This document shows positions 18,901-28,535 of a stretch of 64,000 bases of DNA, piece by piece (positions within the stretch are counted from its first letter, which is position 1; the number at the start of each line of letters is the position of its first letter). The notes below the pieces were generated by a model that saw only the letters and a program-made list of their open reading frames with translations, did not search any database and had not been told where the DNA came from. The stretch comes from Patescibacteria group bacterium (GTDB taxonomy: Bacteria; Patescibacteriota; Microgenomatia; UBA8517). The stretch covers positions 5,878 through 69,877 of the forward strand of contig JBGSJG010000005.1 of the NCBI GenBank assembly GCA_041742135.1. Reading direction: 5' to 3'. Position numbers and translations under genes: made by a program.

Positions 18901-18925
18901 AACCCCGACAAGTTCGGGGTTTTTT
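18901..18925 (+). terminator. Intrinsic terminator after greA
   Basis: AACCCCGA-CAAGT-TCGGGGTT followed by TTTT. Confidence 0.8.
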
Positions 18926-18938
18926 AATGGAATAAAAT

Positions 18939-19388
18939 ATGGAAAGACATTATTACGGAAGACCAAGTAACGAAATCCCGCTTTGGCAGCAAAGCGTAGG
19001 GGTACGTAGAGCGCGCGAAAGACTGCCGATGACTTTTGGGAAGAGAATAATTGGTCTTGCAAGAGACGAGGATGGGCAAGTGTTCCCCGAAAGATATAAA
19101 GGATTTATTCTAGCCTGCACCTTCGGTGAGGAACAAGAATGTTTACTAGCACTCGTTGAAAATGAGCCGGGTGAAGAGGTTCATCCTGATGATTGCCACG
19201 AGGTTGTTCTCGAAGCGACTGGACAAATATATCCGATAGTTGGGCATTTTGAATTACGAATCGGGACTAAACAAGACAACGCAAGCTGTTACACGCTAAG
19301 CTGCCACGAGGAACTGCCTTTTGGGGTTTCAAAATTGGTTCACACAGCACTAGAAGATCAAGGTCTACGTCGCCAAGATGAGCTATAA
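18939..19388 (+). CDS. Hypothetical protein
   Basis: 149-aa ORF between greA and lysS; no motif recognised. Confidence 0.55.
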   Translation: MERHYYGRPSNEIPLWQQSVGVRRARERLPMTFGKRIIGLARDEDGQVFPERYKGFILACTFGEEQECLLALVENEPGEEVHPDDCHEVVLEATGQIYPIVGHFELRIGTKQDNASCYTLSCHEELPFGVSKLVHTALEDQGLRRQDEL

Positions 19389-19395
19389 TACGACT

Positions 19396-20949
19396 ATGTT
19401 CTGGGCAGATGAAATTGCTGAAAAAATAATAAACTCTGGGGCGCATAAGCCTTATTGGGTTGATGACATGAAGACACCGTCTGGAGTGATCCATGTTGGC
19501 TCATTGCGTGGAGTCATGGTTCACGATTTGGTTTGCAAGGCTCTGCTCAAAAAAGGCCACGAAGCGAAGTTTACATACATCTATAACGACATCGACCCAA
19601 TGGACGGCTTACCTGTGTATCTGGATCATGATAAATTTGACCCTCACATGGGTGAGCCTCTTTATAAGATCCCTGCCCCAGATGGCAAAAGTGAAAACTT
19701 TGCTAGGCAATTTGGTAATCAATTTACCGAATCAATGCATAAAATTGGTGCTTACCCTGAAATCTTATGGTCAAGCGAACTTTACGCTAAAGGCTTATTT
19801 AATGATGTCATTCGAGAAGCTTTGGATAAAGCTGCCACAATCAGAAAAATTTACAAAGAAATTTCTGGCCAGAGCAAACCTGACGACTGGTACCCGTTTC
19901 AGGTAATTTGCCCTGAGTGTGGAAAGGTCGGAAGTACTATGGTTTACGACTGGGATGGAGAGGAAGTGAGCTACAGGTGTGAGCCGTCAATGGTCGATTG
20001 GGCGCATGGCTGCGGACACAGCGGCAAAGTCTCTCCTTTTAACGGCACGGGCAAGCTTATGTGGAAAGTTGACTGGCCAGCTCACTGGAAAGCGCTAGGT
20101 ATTACCATTGAGGGGGCAGGGAAGGACCACGCAAGTGCTGGTGGCTCCCGCGATATTGCAAAAGCGATCTGCAAGGAAGTCTTTGAAACTCCTGAGCCTT
20201 ACGACATTCCTTACGAATGGTTTTTGATAGGTGGAAAGAAAATGTCTACCTCAAAAGGTGTTGGAACAGCGGCACATGATTTTGTTGAGATAATGCCGGG
20301 AGAGCTTGGAAGATTTTTGTTTGTTCGCAACCACTTCAATAAACAAATAAACTTCGATCCGTCTGGTGACACAATTTCGTTCTTGTTTGATCTTTACGAC
20401 CAAGCGGCCAATGCTTATTGGGATAAATCGGATGAAAAATTAGCCACGATGTTTGAATATTCCCAAATGGGCGCGCTCCCCCAAAAGCATTTTTTGCCTC
20501 GTTTTAGCGATGTCGCCAAATACATCCAAGACACAAAAGTTGATATAAATGCAAAATTTGAAGAACTTAAAGGTGGCGTACTAACTGATGTGGAATCACA
20601 GGAGCTGGAAACCCGAATTAAGTTTGCCAAAATCTGGCTTAAGAAATTTGCTCCCGAGGCAGAAGTGTTTGAGCCAAAAGAAGAAATTCCGGAGGAAGCC
20701 AGAGGTTTGTCCGAGAATCAAAAAGAATACCTTAAAGTGGTGACCCAAATGCTTGGTAGTCAATGGAATCCTGAGGACCTGCAGACTGCTTTGTATGAAA
20801 AATCAAAAGAAATGGGCGTTGAGCCAAAAGAAGCTTTTGCAGCAATATACTTGGCACTAATTGGCAAAACCCACGGTCCCCGTGCAGCTTGGTTTTTATT
20901 GGAACACAAGGATCTGGCAATCAAGCGTTTTGGCGAGATTGTAATATGA
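19396..20949 (+). CDS. lysS: Lysine--tRNA ligase, class I
   Basis: MFWADE, TPSG.IHVGS (HIGH-like), CPECG, WKVDWPAHW, GKDH, KMSTSKG and GPR. Start at ATG 19396. Confidence 0.96.
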   Translation: MFWADEIAEKIINSGAHKPYWVDDMKTPSGVIHVGSLRGVMVHDLVCKALLKKGHEAKFTYIYNDIDPMDGLPVYLDHDKFDPHMGEPLYKIPAPDGKSENFARQFGNQFTESMHKIGAYPEILWSSELYAKGLFNDVIREALDKAATIRKIYKEISGQSKPDDWYPFQVICPECGKVGSTMVYDWDGEEVSYRCEPSMVDWAHGCGHSGKVSPFNGTGKLMWKVDWPAHWKALGITIEGAGKDHASAGGSRDIAKAICKEVFETPEPYDIPYEWFLIGGKKMSTSKGVGTAAHDFVEIMPGELGRFLFVRNHFNKQINFDPSGDTISFLFDLYDQAANAYWDKSDEKLATMFEYSQMGALPQKHFLPRFSDVAKYIQDTKVDINAKFEELKGGVLTDVESQELETRIKFAKIWLKKFAPEAEVFEPKEEIPEEARGLSENQKEYLKVVTQMLGSQWNPEDLQTALYEKSKEMGVEPKEAFAAIYLALIGKTHGPRAAWFLLEHKDLAIKRFGEIVI

Positions 20950-21488
20950 AAACACAAGGAATTGCCAGCTTGATTTTTCGACTAAAACAGTCGAAGCGAA
21001 AAGGGTGGTTAGATCGCGGCCTTAAGGCTGATTCGATCGCTGAGCATACCTACGGAGCCATGCTTTTGGGTTGGCTTATTTCCTCAGAAGAAAAGGCAGA
21101 TGTAAACAAAGTGGTTCAGATGCTTTTAGTTCACGATCTTGTTATGGCTAAAATGACTGACGTGACTCCATCTGGTGGAAATTATGAAGACAAAAGGGAA
21201 ATTGAAGAAAAAGCCAAAAGGGTTATTTCTGGCTTGTTGCCAATTAATTTACGAAAAACATATATCCAATTGTTTGACGAGTTTAGTGCACAAAAAACTC
21301 TCGATTCTAAAGTTGCTCGTGAAGCGGATAAGCTAGAGACGCTATTCCAAGGCGAAGCGTTTGAGATGGAAACGGGCAGAAGCGATATTTTGGATGAATT
21401 TCTTAAGACTTATCAAACAATCTTTACAACCAAATCGGGAAAAGATCTTTACGAAGAAATTGCTTTGAGACATAATACGAGGAAATGA
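20946..21488 (+). CDS. HD-domain hydrolase (YfbR/HDDC2-like)
   Basis: LK...R.GW, SIAEH, VHDL and ADKLE. ATGA overlap with lysS. Confidence 0.88.
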   Translation: MKTQGIASLIFRLKQSKRKGWLDRGLKADSIAEHTYGAMLLGWLISSEEKADVNKVVQMLLVHDLVMAKMTDVTPSGGNYEDKREIEEKAKRVISGLLPINLRKTYIQLFDEFSAQKTLDSKVAREADKLETLFQGEAFEMETGRSDILDEFLKTYQTIFTTKSGKDLYEEIALRHNTRK

Positions 21489-22057
21489 CACGAGACCAAG
21501 CCGTCGAACTGCTTCACACTCATATGCAAAATGTTAATTTGCGCCGTCACTGCTATGCCGTTGAGGTAGTGATGAGAGAGTTGGCCAAGCGATTTGGTGA
21601 AGATCCTGAGGTTTGGGGAATAGCGGGATTATTGCACGATGCAGACTATGAGGAGCTTAAGGGAACAGAAAATGTAACAACGGACCACACCAAGCTCACT
21701 ATCGAGTGGATAAAAAAACTTGATGCTTCGGTCGACATAACCGAGGCTATAGCAGCTCATGCGTGGGGATACGTCACAGATGCTCCACAACCTACGACCA
21801 AAATGCAGTGGTCACTCTACTGCTGTGATGAGTTAACTGGATTAATTGTGGCAGTGGCTTTGGTCAAGCCCGATCGCAAGCTTTCCTCTGTTACTGTTGA
21901 GTCGATCATGAAAAAGTGGAACGAAAAAAGCTTTGCGGCTGGTGCCAATCGCGATCAAATCAAGCAGTGTGAGGCTAGACTTAAAATAAACTTAACTGAT
22001 TTTGTAAGAATTTCTTTAACTGCAATGCAATCAATTGCTCCAAAACTAGGATTGTAG
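21485..22057 (+). CDS. HDIG-domain protein
   Basis: LRRHCYAVE, GLLHDADYE, DELTGLI and KSFAAG. Confidence 0.88.
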   Translation: MTRDQAVELLHTHMQNVNLRRHCYAVEVVMRELAKRFGEDPEVWGIAGLLHDADYEELKGTENVTTDHTKLTIEWIKKLDASVDITEAIAAHAWGYVTDAPQPTTKMQWSLYCCDELTGLIVAVALVKPDRKLSSVTVESIMKKWNEKSFAAGANRDQIKQCEARLKINLTDFVRISLTAMQSIAPKLGL

Positions 22058-22070
22058 TAGAATTCGCTTC

Positions 22071-22463
22071 ATGACAGTCGAAGGCGCACCGGGTTTACCT
22101 AAAGAAATTATTCAAGCTGTGAATGACGAACGAAACACGATTGTGGCAATGATTACTGGGCCAGGACCTTTAGCTGAGTTGATTACCCCAGAAAATTTCC
22201 CCCATATTTCACAGCATGCACCTAAGGCGTTTGCTGCTTTGCAAAAATGGGGAACCCAGAATTTTGAGAATGATCAATTAAGACAAGGAGTGTTAGATAA
22301 TTTTCCCGAGATGAGAGTATGGCCAAATGGTGAAGAACAAAGCGTTTTTGTCACCGCCGCATTGTTGGGTAAAGGAGATGAGGCACTTGAAAAGCTAAAA
22401 GAAGATCATGCAAAAAGACTAGCTACCCGCACTCAAGCTGGATTTGCAAAAACACAAGGATGA
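22071..22463 (+). CDS. Hypothetical protein
   Basis: 130-aa ORF with TAGAAT 7 nt upstream of the ATG. Confidence 0.65.
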   Translation: MTVEGAPGLPKEIIQAVNDERNTIVAMITGPGPLAELITPENFPHISQHAPKAFAALQKWGTQNFENDQLRQGVLDNFPEMRVWPNGEEQSVFVTAALLGKGDEALEKLKEDHAKRLATRTQAGFAKTQG

Positions 22464-22484
22464 CCTTGTGCTACAATAGGCTCA

Positions 22485-23765
22485 ATGATAGATATAGAGC
22501 TTCTTCGAGAAAACCCAGACAAATACAGACAGGCCACGGCAAATAAGCAGAAGGATGTTGGCTTGATTGATGCAGTACTTAATTTAGACGAGAAGCGCCG
22601 CAAGTTGATTGGCGAAATAGAAGCGCTTCGTGCTCGTCGAAATGTCATAGCCCGCGAAGGCAAGGCATCCGATGAAGGCAAGAAAGTTAAGCTTGAATTA
22701 AAAGACAAAGAACCGGAATTAAAGTCGATCGAAGAAGAACTCCAAATTAGCCTTGGTAAAGTGCCTAATATTCATTCTGAAGATACGCCAATTGGCAAAG
22801 ATGAGTCGGAGAATAAAGTAATCCGAAGTTGGGGTGAACCAACTAAGTTCGATTTTGAGCCAAAAGACCATGTCGCTTTAGGAGAAGCCTTGGGAGTTAT
22901 TGAAATCGAGAAAGCGACAAAGGTTACTGCATCGAGATTTGCTTACCTGATGGGAGATTTGGCCAGGTTGGAGTTTGCATTAGTACAATTCGCATTTGAT
23001 ACATTAACTGACCCCGCAACTCTCAAAAAGATTGCCGACTCGGTTGAACCCGGATATAATCCTAAGCCATTTATTCCCGTAGTGCCACCGGTCATGATGC
23101 GCCCGGAAGTTATGGCAAGAATGGCTCGCCTTGAGCCTAAAGAAGAACGCTATTATATTCCCCAGGCAGATTTATACCTGGTCGGTAGCGCCGAGCACAC
23201 ACTTGGGCCACTTCACATGGACGAGACACTTTCTGAAAAAGAATTACCAATCAGATATGTTGGTTTTTCTACAAGTTTTAGGGAAGAAGCGGGAAGCTAC
23301 GGAAAGGACATGAGAGGCATCTTTCGACTTCACCAATTCGATAAAGTTGAAATGGAATCTTTTTGTCTTCCTGAGAATTCGTTGAAGGAGCAAGATTTCT
23401 TTATAGCGATCCAAGAGTACATGATGCAAAGCTTGGGTATTCCCTACCAAGTGGTTCAAATTTGTACTGGGGATATGGGGGGACCAGACTATCGCCAAAT
23501 CGACATCGAATCGTGGATGCCTGGGCAAAATAAGTATCGAGAGACTCACACATCGGACTTAATGACTGATTATCAGGCTAGAAGGCTCAATACTAAGGTG
23601 AACAGAGGTGATAGAACTGAATATGTACACATGAATGACGCAACATTTTGTTCGACCAATAGACCATTAATTGCCATCATGGAGAATTATCAACAGGAAG
23701 ACGGCTCGATCTTAATTCCGGAAGTGTTAAGAAAGTGGATGGGGAAAGACCGAATAACTAGATAA
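22485..23765 (+). CDS. serS: Serine--tRNA ligase
   Basis: MIDIELLRENP, coiled-coil arm, FREEAGSYGKD.RGIFRLHQFDKVE, DIESWMPG and DYQARRL. Confidence 0.97.
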   Translation: MIDIELLRENPDKYRQATANKQKDVGLIDAVLNLDEKRRKLIGEIEALRARRNVIAREGKASDEGKKVKLELKDKEPELKSIEEELQISLGKVPNIHSEDTPIGKDESENKVIRSWGEPTKFDFEPKDHVALGEALGVIEIEKATKVTASRFAYLMGDLARLEFALVQFAFDTLTDPATLKKIADSVEPGYNPKPFIPVVPPVMMRPEVMARMARLEPKEERYYIPQADLYLVGSAEHTLGPLHMDETLSEKELPIRYVGFSTSFREEAGSYGKDMRGIFRLHQFDKVEMESFCLPENSLKEQDFFIAIQEYMMQSLGIPYQVVQICTGDMGGPDYRQIDIESWMPGQNKYRETHTSDLMTDYQARRLNTKVNRGDRTEYVHMNDATFCSTNRPLIAIMENYQQEDGSILIPEVLRKWMGKDRITR

Positions 23766-23952
23766 CTAGCTCGTAACCTGCTTTTTCGACGACTTCTTTA
23801 ATTTTTTCAATGTTAACTTGGTCTTTTTCAACCACAAGATTTTGGTTTGCATAGGAGCACTTGGCCGATACTCCTGCATCCTCCAAATCAAGCTCGATCA
23901 TGGCCGCACAACTGGCACAGTGCATCCCATTTATTTTGTAAGTTTTCTTCAT
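23758..23952 (-). CDS. CopZ-like heavy-metal chaperone (HMA)
   Basis: GMHCASC motif and C-terminal AGY. Confidence 0.9.
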   Translation of the reverse strand: MKKTYKINGMHCASCAAMIELDLEDAGVSAKCSYANQNLVVEKDQVNIEKIKEVVEKAGYELVI

Positions 23953-24939
23953 CTAAATTACATCAAAATAACCTGAATACATCCCCATACTGCATGTGTA
24001 TACAAGCCTGCCCTTTTGCGTGGGGGTAAAAGATATTGTTTCGCTGCCCGTTGGCTTTAAAGTCTTTCGGATACCAAGTTTAGGAATAGTAAAAGCAATC
24101 GCGCAGCTGTATACCTCGTTTGTTTTTAGGGTTAGTTCTACCGGAACTCCAGCTTTCAGTGTGGAAACATCGGATTTATAACCATCGTAAGAAACTTCAA
24201 TAAAAGCTTGTTGTTTCCCATTAACCTCGTTTGCAACTTGGCCGCTTAATTCTGAGGGCTTAACGACCGATAGATAATTTTCAAATGTATGGATTGATCC
24301 ACGAAGCGTTTGTCCCGAATTAATCGAAACCAAGCCTAAAATTAAAATTACAAACGATGCGATGTACAAAAAAGCCTTTCTGTTCATAAGTTTTGAAGCG
24401 GATAGTCCAAGTACGCCAAAGATAGGTGTGGTTCCGAGTGTAAAGGCCAGCATTATTCCGGCTGCCCAAAAGGCACTTCCTGAGGCTACAGCTAATACCA
24501 TCATGCCTTGGGTAATTCCACACGGGATAAGAACAGTTAGTGCTCCAAGCATGGCGGGTGCAAAATATTCGCCTGTTTTTGATTTGTTTCGTGCGAGTTT
24601 GTAGAAAGCCTTGGGAGGCCTGAGCACGAACTTTTTAAATATTGGATGGACATTTAAAAGATTCGCAGCAGTTATGAGCATGTACACCCCAGCTACAATC
24701 TGCATCCACCCTTGTACTGTGGGAGTTATGGTTAATGCAGACCCAAGTGCTCCAAGTAATAGTCCAAGAATCCCATAGGCAATAATCTTAGCTATTAAAA
24801 ACATTCCCACCAAAGCTTTGCTTGACTGATCTGGACGCTTTTGGCTGACTGCTGATGCCAAAAGTCCACCTTGGACTGCAAGGCACGAGACTCCGCCCGT
24901 GGTTAGTCCAGTCAAAAAAGCCAGCCAAAGAGAATTCAT
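23953..24939 (-). CDS. DsbD_2/TauE-like membrane protein fused to a cupredoxin-like domain
   Basis: SCLAVQGG and LIPCG in the TM domain; C-terminal YSC...YTCSMGMYSG. Confidence 0.85.
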   Translation of the reverse strand: MNSLWLAFLTGLTTGGVSCLAVQGGLLASAVSQKRPDQSSKALVGMFLIAKIIAYGILGLLLGALGSALTITPTVQGWMQIVAGVYMLITAANLLNVHPIFKKFVLRPPKAFYKLARNKSKTGEYFAPAMLGALTVLIPCGITQGMMVLAVASGSAFWAAGIMLAFTLGTTPIFGVLGLSASKLMNRKAFLYIASFVILILGLVSINSGQTLRGSIHTFENYLSVVKPSELSGQVANEVNGKQQAFIEVSYDGYKSDVSTLKAGVPVELTLKTNEVYSCAIAFTIPKLGIRKTLKPTGSETISFTPTQKGRLVYTCSMGMYSGYFDVI

Positions 24940-24942
24940 AGG

Positions 24943-24995
24943 TTGACATTAGTATCTTATGCACATAATATATTGTCAATCCCCCATAGGGGGAT
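24943..24995. promoter_or_regulatory. Overlapping divergent promoters and CsoR-type operator
   Basis: Plus strand TTGACA(24943-48)-N17-TAATAT; minus strand TTGACA(24979-74)-N17-GATACT; palindrome ATCCCCC-ATA-GGGGGAT at 24979-24995. Confidence 0.8.
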
Positions 24996-25001
24996 GAAAA
25001 T

Positions 25002-25280
25002 ATGCCAAGGGGAATTCCTAAAACAAAAACCTTTCAAAGGGACATGCTTCATGCAATGAAAATTGCGAGCGGACACTTAAATAAGGTTGTTTCGATGATG
25101 GAGAGGGACGAATACTGTATAGATATCGTTCATCAGTCAAAAGCTGTTCAGGCAGCCTTAAAAAAAATTGACGAGCGGATTTTAGAAAACCATATTCGCC
25201 ATTGTGTGGCGCACGAAGTATCTATAGGAAACGCGGAAAGTATCGCCAACGAGCTCGTTTCAGTAATTAAAAAATCATGA
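25002..25280 (+). CDS. csoR: CsoR/RcnR-family metal-sensing repressor
   Basis: GHL..V..M, YCIDIVHQ..AVQAAL and ENHIRHC (C-H-C Cu(I) ligand set). Confidence 0.9.
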   Translation: MPRGIPKTKTFQRDMLHAMKIASGHLNKVVSMMERDEYCIDIVHQSKAVQAALKKIDERILENHIRHCVAHEVSIGNAESIANELVSVIKKS

Positions 25281-25393
25281 CAATCGACAAAATAATTGTC
25301 ACAGTCCTCGGCGTAATCGTTTCTGTTTTTATTTATTGGTTTTTTCTTGGTAAAAAGGACGACCCGAAAAACGGATTACATGACCACCACTAA
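25277..25393 (+). CDS. 38-aa membrane peptide with His-rich tail (not in the ORF track)
   Basis: [38 protein letters not shown]; ATGA-coupled to csoR and overlapping the copA start. Confidence 0.7.
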   Translation: MTIDKIIVTVLGVIVSVFIYWFFLGKKDDPKNGLHDHH

Positions 25394-27611
25394 AAAATCA
25401 TTTCCAGTTATGGGTATGCACTGCGCAAGCTGTGCCAACCTTATCGAGAGAAGCTTGAAAAAAGTTCCCGGCGTAGAAGATGCCTCGGTCAATTATGCGT
25501 CTGAACAAGCGAGCGTGTCGCTTGACCCCGATGTTGCAACAGACAGTTCACTGGAATTGGCTGTCAAATCAGCTGGTTATAGTGCAATTCTTGGAAGTGA
25601 AGAAAAAAATGGTGGAACATCTGATGAACTTAAGAAATCAGAAAAATTAAAACAACTTCGTGAGCTTAAAACTAAAGTGTTAGTTTCCGTAGCGATATTA
25701 ATAGTGGTCTTTTTGGGTAGTTTTCCTGAATGGTTCGGGTTTGTTCCTAATTTTTTTAATGACCCACTGCACCTTATGATTTTAGCTGGCATTGTTCAGT
25801 TTTGGGGAGGAAAAGAGTTTTATTTGGCAACCCTTTCGGGCTTAAAAAACCGAACTGCAAGCATGGACACTTTGATTGCGATTGGGACAACATTTGCGTG
25901 GGTATATTCGGCAATACTCGCACTTTTTTATAAGCAACTTATGGAAGCGGATTTCCCGATGATGATGTACTTTGACACTTCATCTGTTGTAGTAACCCTG
26001 ATCCTAGTCGGTAGATATTTTGAGGCGCGGGCCAAGCAAAACACAGGAAGTGCAATTGAAAAATTACTTGGCATGGGGGCAAAAACTGCAAGAGTAGTTC
26101 GTGATGGTGAGGAGGTTGATGTTCCGATCTCGGAGGTTAAAGTTGGAGACATTGTTCGTGTTCGTCCCGGAGAGAAAATTCCTGTTGACGGAAAAATTGT
26201 AAGCGGATTTAGCGCTGTTGACGAATCGATGGTTACGGGCGAGGCTGTTCCTGTGGATAAATTTGAAGGAGATATCGTAATCGGGGCAACTCTCAACAAA
26301 GCTGGTACTTTTTTGTTTGAAGCCACGCAGGTAGGATCTGGCACAATGCTAAGCCAGATCGTGAAAATGGTCAATGATGCCCAAAGTTCCCGCGCACCCA
26401 TAGCACGGCTGGCAGACGTCGTGTCTTCTTATTTTGTCCCCGCAGTTTTGATTATTGCTGTGTTCACCTTTGTAGTTTGGTACGACTTCGGCACTTTTAC
26501 CCAGGCTCTCACAAATACGATTGCCGTTTTGGTAATCGCGTGCCCTTGTGCATTGGGCCTTGCGACACCCACCGCTATTATGGTCGGTACTGGCCGGGGA
26601 GCTCAAAAAGGGATACTTATTAAAAATGCAGAGAGTCTTGAGTTGGCAAATAAAATCAAAACAATAGTCTTTGATAAGACAGGAACATTAACGAAAGGAA
26701 AGCCTGTGGTAACGGATATAGTTTTGGCTCCTGATTCGAATATGACTGAAAGTGGGGTGCTTGGTCTTGCGGCTTCACTCGAGGTTGGCTCTGAACATGC
26801 TCTTGGCGAGGCGATAATAACAAAAGCTAAAGAAGAAGAGATTGAGCTTGTGTCGGCTAAAAACTTCAAAGCACATCCCGGCCTAGGTGTGGAGGGCACT
26901 GTGATTGGAAAGGGTGCATTTGTTGGCAATAGGGCGCTCTTGGAAGAACAAAAAATTTCTTACAGCCAAGTTGAAGGACAAATAAAAAAACTCGAAGAAG
27001 AAGGGAAAACGGTAGTTTTGGTGGCGAGTGAAAAACTGGAGGGAATCATCGCAATTGCAGATACACCAAAACCATCATCTAAAGATCTTGTTACAGCTTT
27101 AACGGCAAAAAAAATTACAGTTTGGATGTTGACCGGAGATAATAAAATAACTGCATCCGCAATTGCCAAAAAATTAGGAATAGCGAATGTGTTGGCTGGA
27201 GTTCGCCCCGAAGAGAAAGCGCAGAAGATCAGGCAACTACAGTCTTCATCTGGTGGAGTAGTTGCATTTGTCGGAGACGGTGTAAATGATGCACCAGCCT
27301 TGGCTTCTGCGGACGTAGGAATTGCTATGGGCACGGGAACCGATGTAGCTATTGAGTCGGCCGGTATTACACTCCTTAACAAAAACCTTAATACCGTGCT
27401 TTCAGCGATTGAATTGAGTCAGAAAACTCTCGCCATAATTAAACAAAATTTATTCTGGGCATTTGGCTATAATGTGGTTTTAATTCCCGTGGCCATGGGT
27501 GTTTTGTACCCTATTTTTAGGATCTCGCTTGATCCTGCCTTGGCGGCCTTTGCAATGGCAGCAAGTTCTTTGTCGGTGCTTGGAAATTCACTTAGGTTGA
27601 AAAGAGCTTAA
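25380..27611 (+). CDS. copA: Cu(I)-translocating P1B-type ATPase
   Basis: [30 protein letters not shown] (HP motif variant), [10 protein letters not shown] and MAASS. Confidence 0.96.
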   Translation: MTTTKKSFPVMGMHCASCANLIERSLKKVPGVEDASVNYASEQASVSLDPDVATDSSLELAVKSAGYSAILGSEEKNGGTSDELKKSEKLKQLRELKTKVLVSVAILIVVFLGSFPEWFGFVPNFFNDPLHLMILAGIVQFWGGKEFYLATLSGLKNRTASMDTLIAIGTTFAWVYSAILALFYKQLMEADFPMMMYFDTSSVVVTLILVGRYFEARAKQNTGSAIEKLLGMGAKTARVVRDGEEVDVPISEVKVGDIVRVRPGEKIPVDGKIVSGFSAVDESMVTGEAVPVDKFEGDIVIGATLNKAGTFLFEATQVGSGTMLSQIVKMVNDAQSSRAPIARLADVVSSYFVPAVLIIAVFTFVVWYDFGTFTQALTNTIAVLVIACPCALGLATPTAIMVGTGRGAQKGILIKNAESLELANKIKTIVFDKTGTLTKGKPVVTDIVLAPDSNMTESGVLGLAASLEVGSEHALGEAIITKAKEEEIELVSAKNFKAHPGLGVEGTVIGKGAFVGNRALLEEQKISYSQVEGQIKKLEEEGKTVVLVASEKLEGIIAIADTPKPSSKDLVTALTAKKITVWMLTGDNKITASAIAKKLGIANVLAGVRPEEKAQKIRQLQSSSGGVVAFVGDGVNDAPALASADVGIAMGTGTDVAIESAGITLLNKNLNTVLSAIELSQKTLAIIKQNLFWAFGYNVVLIPVAMGVLYPIFRISLDPALAAFAMAASSLSVLGNSLRLKRA

Positions 27612-27667
27612 GGTTAACTAACTCTTTCTGTTGACGCGACTAAAACTGGTGTTATCATTGGCCAGAT

Positions 27668-27916
27668 ATGGATTGTGAGAGAATTACTACTGACCTGCTC
27701 GTTGAGGGGTGCCAGAGTGCTGGCTGTTCTTTTGCTCAAGAAGGGGACGACGGATTTGTTAAGTGCGCGAAGTTTGATTTAGAAGGTTTAAGACAGCGGT
27801 TGGGGTTACAAGGAAAAGGATGTGCTGACGCGGGTATTAAAACTGAAAAAGGAGTCATCGACGCACTTTATCTAGAAGGCCGATTAATTCCTGTCATGTC
27901 TCGTAAGACAGCTTAG
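27668..27916 (+). CDS. Hypothetical Cys-containing small protein
   Basis: 82 aa with 5 Cys; own promoter TTGACG(27631)-N16-TATCAT(27653). Confidence 0.55.
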   Translation: MDCERITTDLLVEGCQSAGCSFAQEGDDGFVKCAKFDLEGLRQRLGLQGKGCADAGIKTEKGVIDALYLEGRLIPVMSRKTA

Positions 27917-28533
27917 TTCCATCGAGCCTTGTCTTGTGGTTTGGGAATTACCGCTAACCCGTTTGATGGAGGAGTTTCGTCTTGCGCCTCGATATTGCTT
28001 TCTTCTGGGTCAAGCAATGTCTCGAGATTTATAACGACGTCGTCAATTATGGGTAGGAGGTCTGCTGAGTTAATATCGATTGAGTGAAAAGCAATCGTCC
28101 CCTCCTTGTCGCTTTTGGCTTTCCACAAATGTTTACGGCCATCACGACGGAACTCGAGCTTAACTTGTTGTGTCCCCGTTTCGGCATGTTGACTTATTTC
28201 AAACCTTGAAAAACCTCTTGAGGCATACTCGTCGAGATTGTGTCTTTCTACTCCTTGTCTCCACTCATAGGTGGTTCTTGTAGAATCCGGGTTGCAGACA
28301 ATCGTTACTTCAGCGCCTCCGTCTAGTGGTTCTTCGTATTCAAAAGACGAATGGAAATAATTTTTACCAGGATAACCTTCTTTTAGGTGTGAAATTCTTG
28401 ATGCCAAAACAGAGGAAAGCGAACCGAAAGCTTCCCTCGCCTGTCTGTCTTCGTTTAATTCGCCGGGCAAGATTCGGTCGTGTTCTATTTCAAAAGGGCT
28501 ATTTCCTTGCTCGTCATCTACTATATCTGCCAT
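27913..28533 (-). CDS. Hypothetical acidic protein
   Basis: 206-aa ORF with TATAAT 5 nt upstream of the ATG. Confidence 0.65.
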   Translation of the reverse strand: MADIVDDEQGNSPFEIEHDRILPGELNEDRQAREAFGSLSSVLASRISHLKEGYPGKNYFHSSFEYEEPLDGGAEVTIVCNPDSTRTTYEWRQGVERHNLDEYASRGFSRFEISQHAETGTQQVKLEFRRDGRKHLWKAKSDKEGTIAFHSIDINSADLLPIIDDVVINLETLLDPEESNIEAQDETPPSNGLAVIPKPQDKARWN

Positions 28534-28535
28534 AT

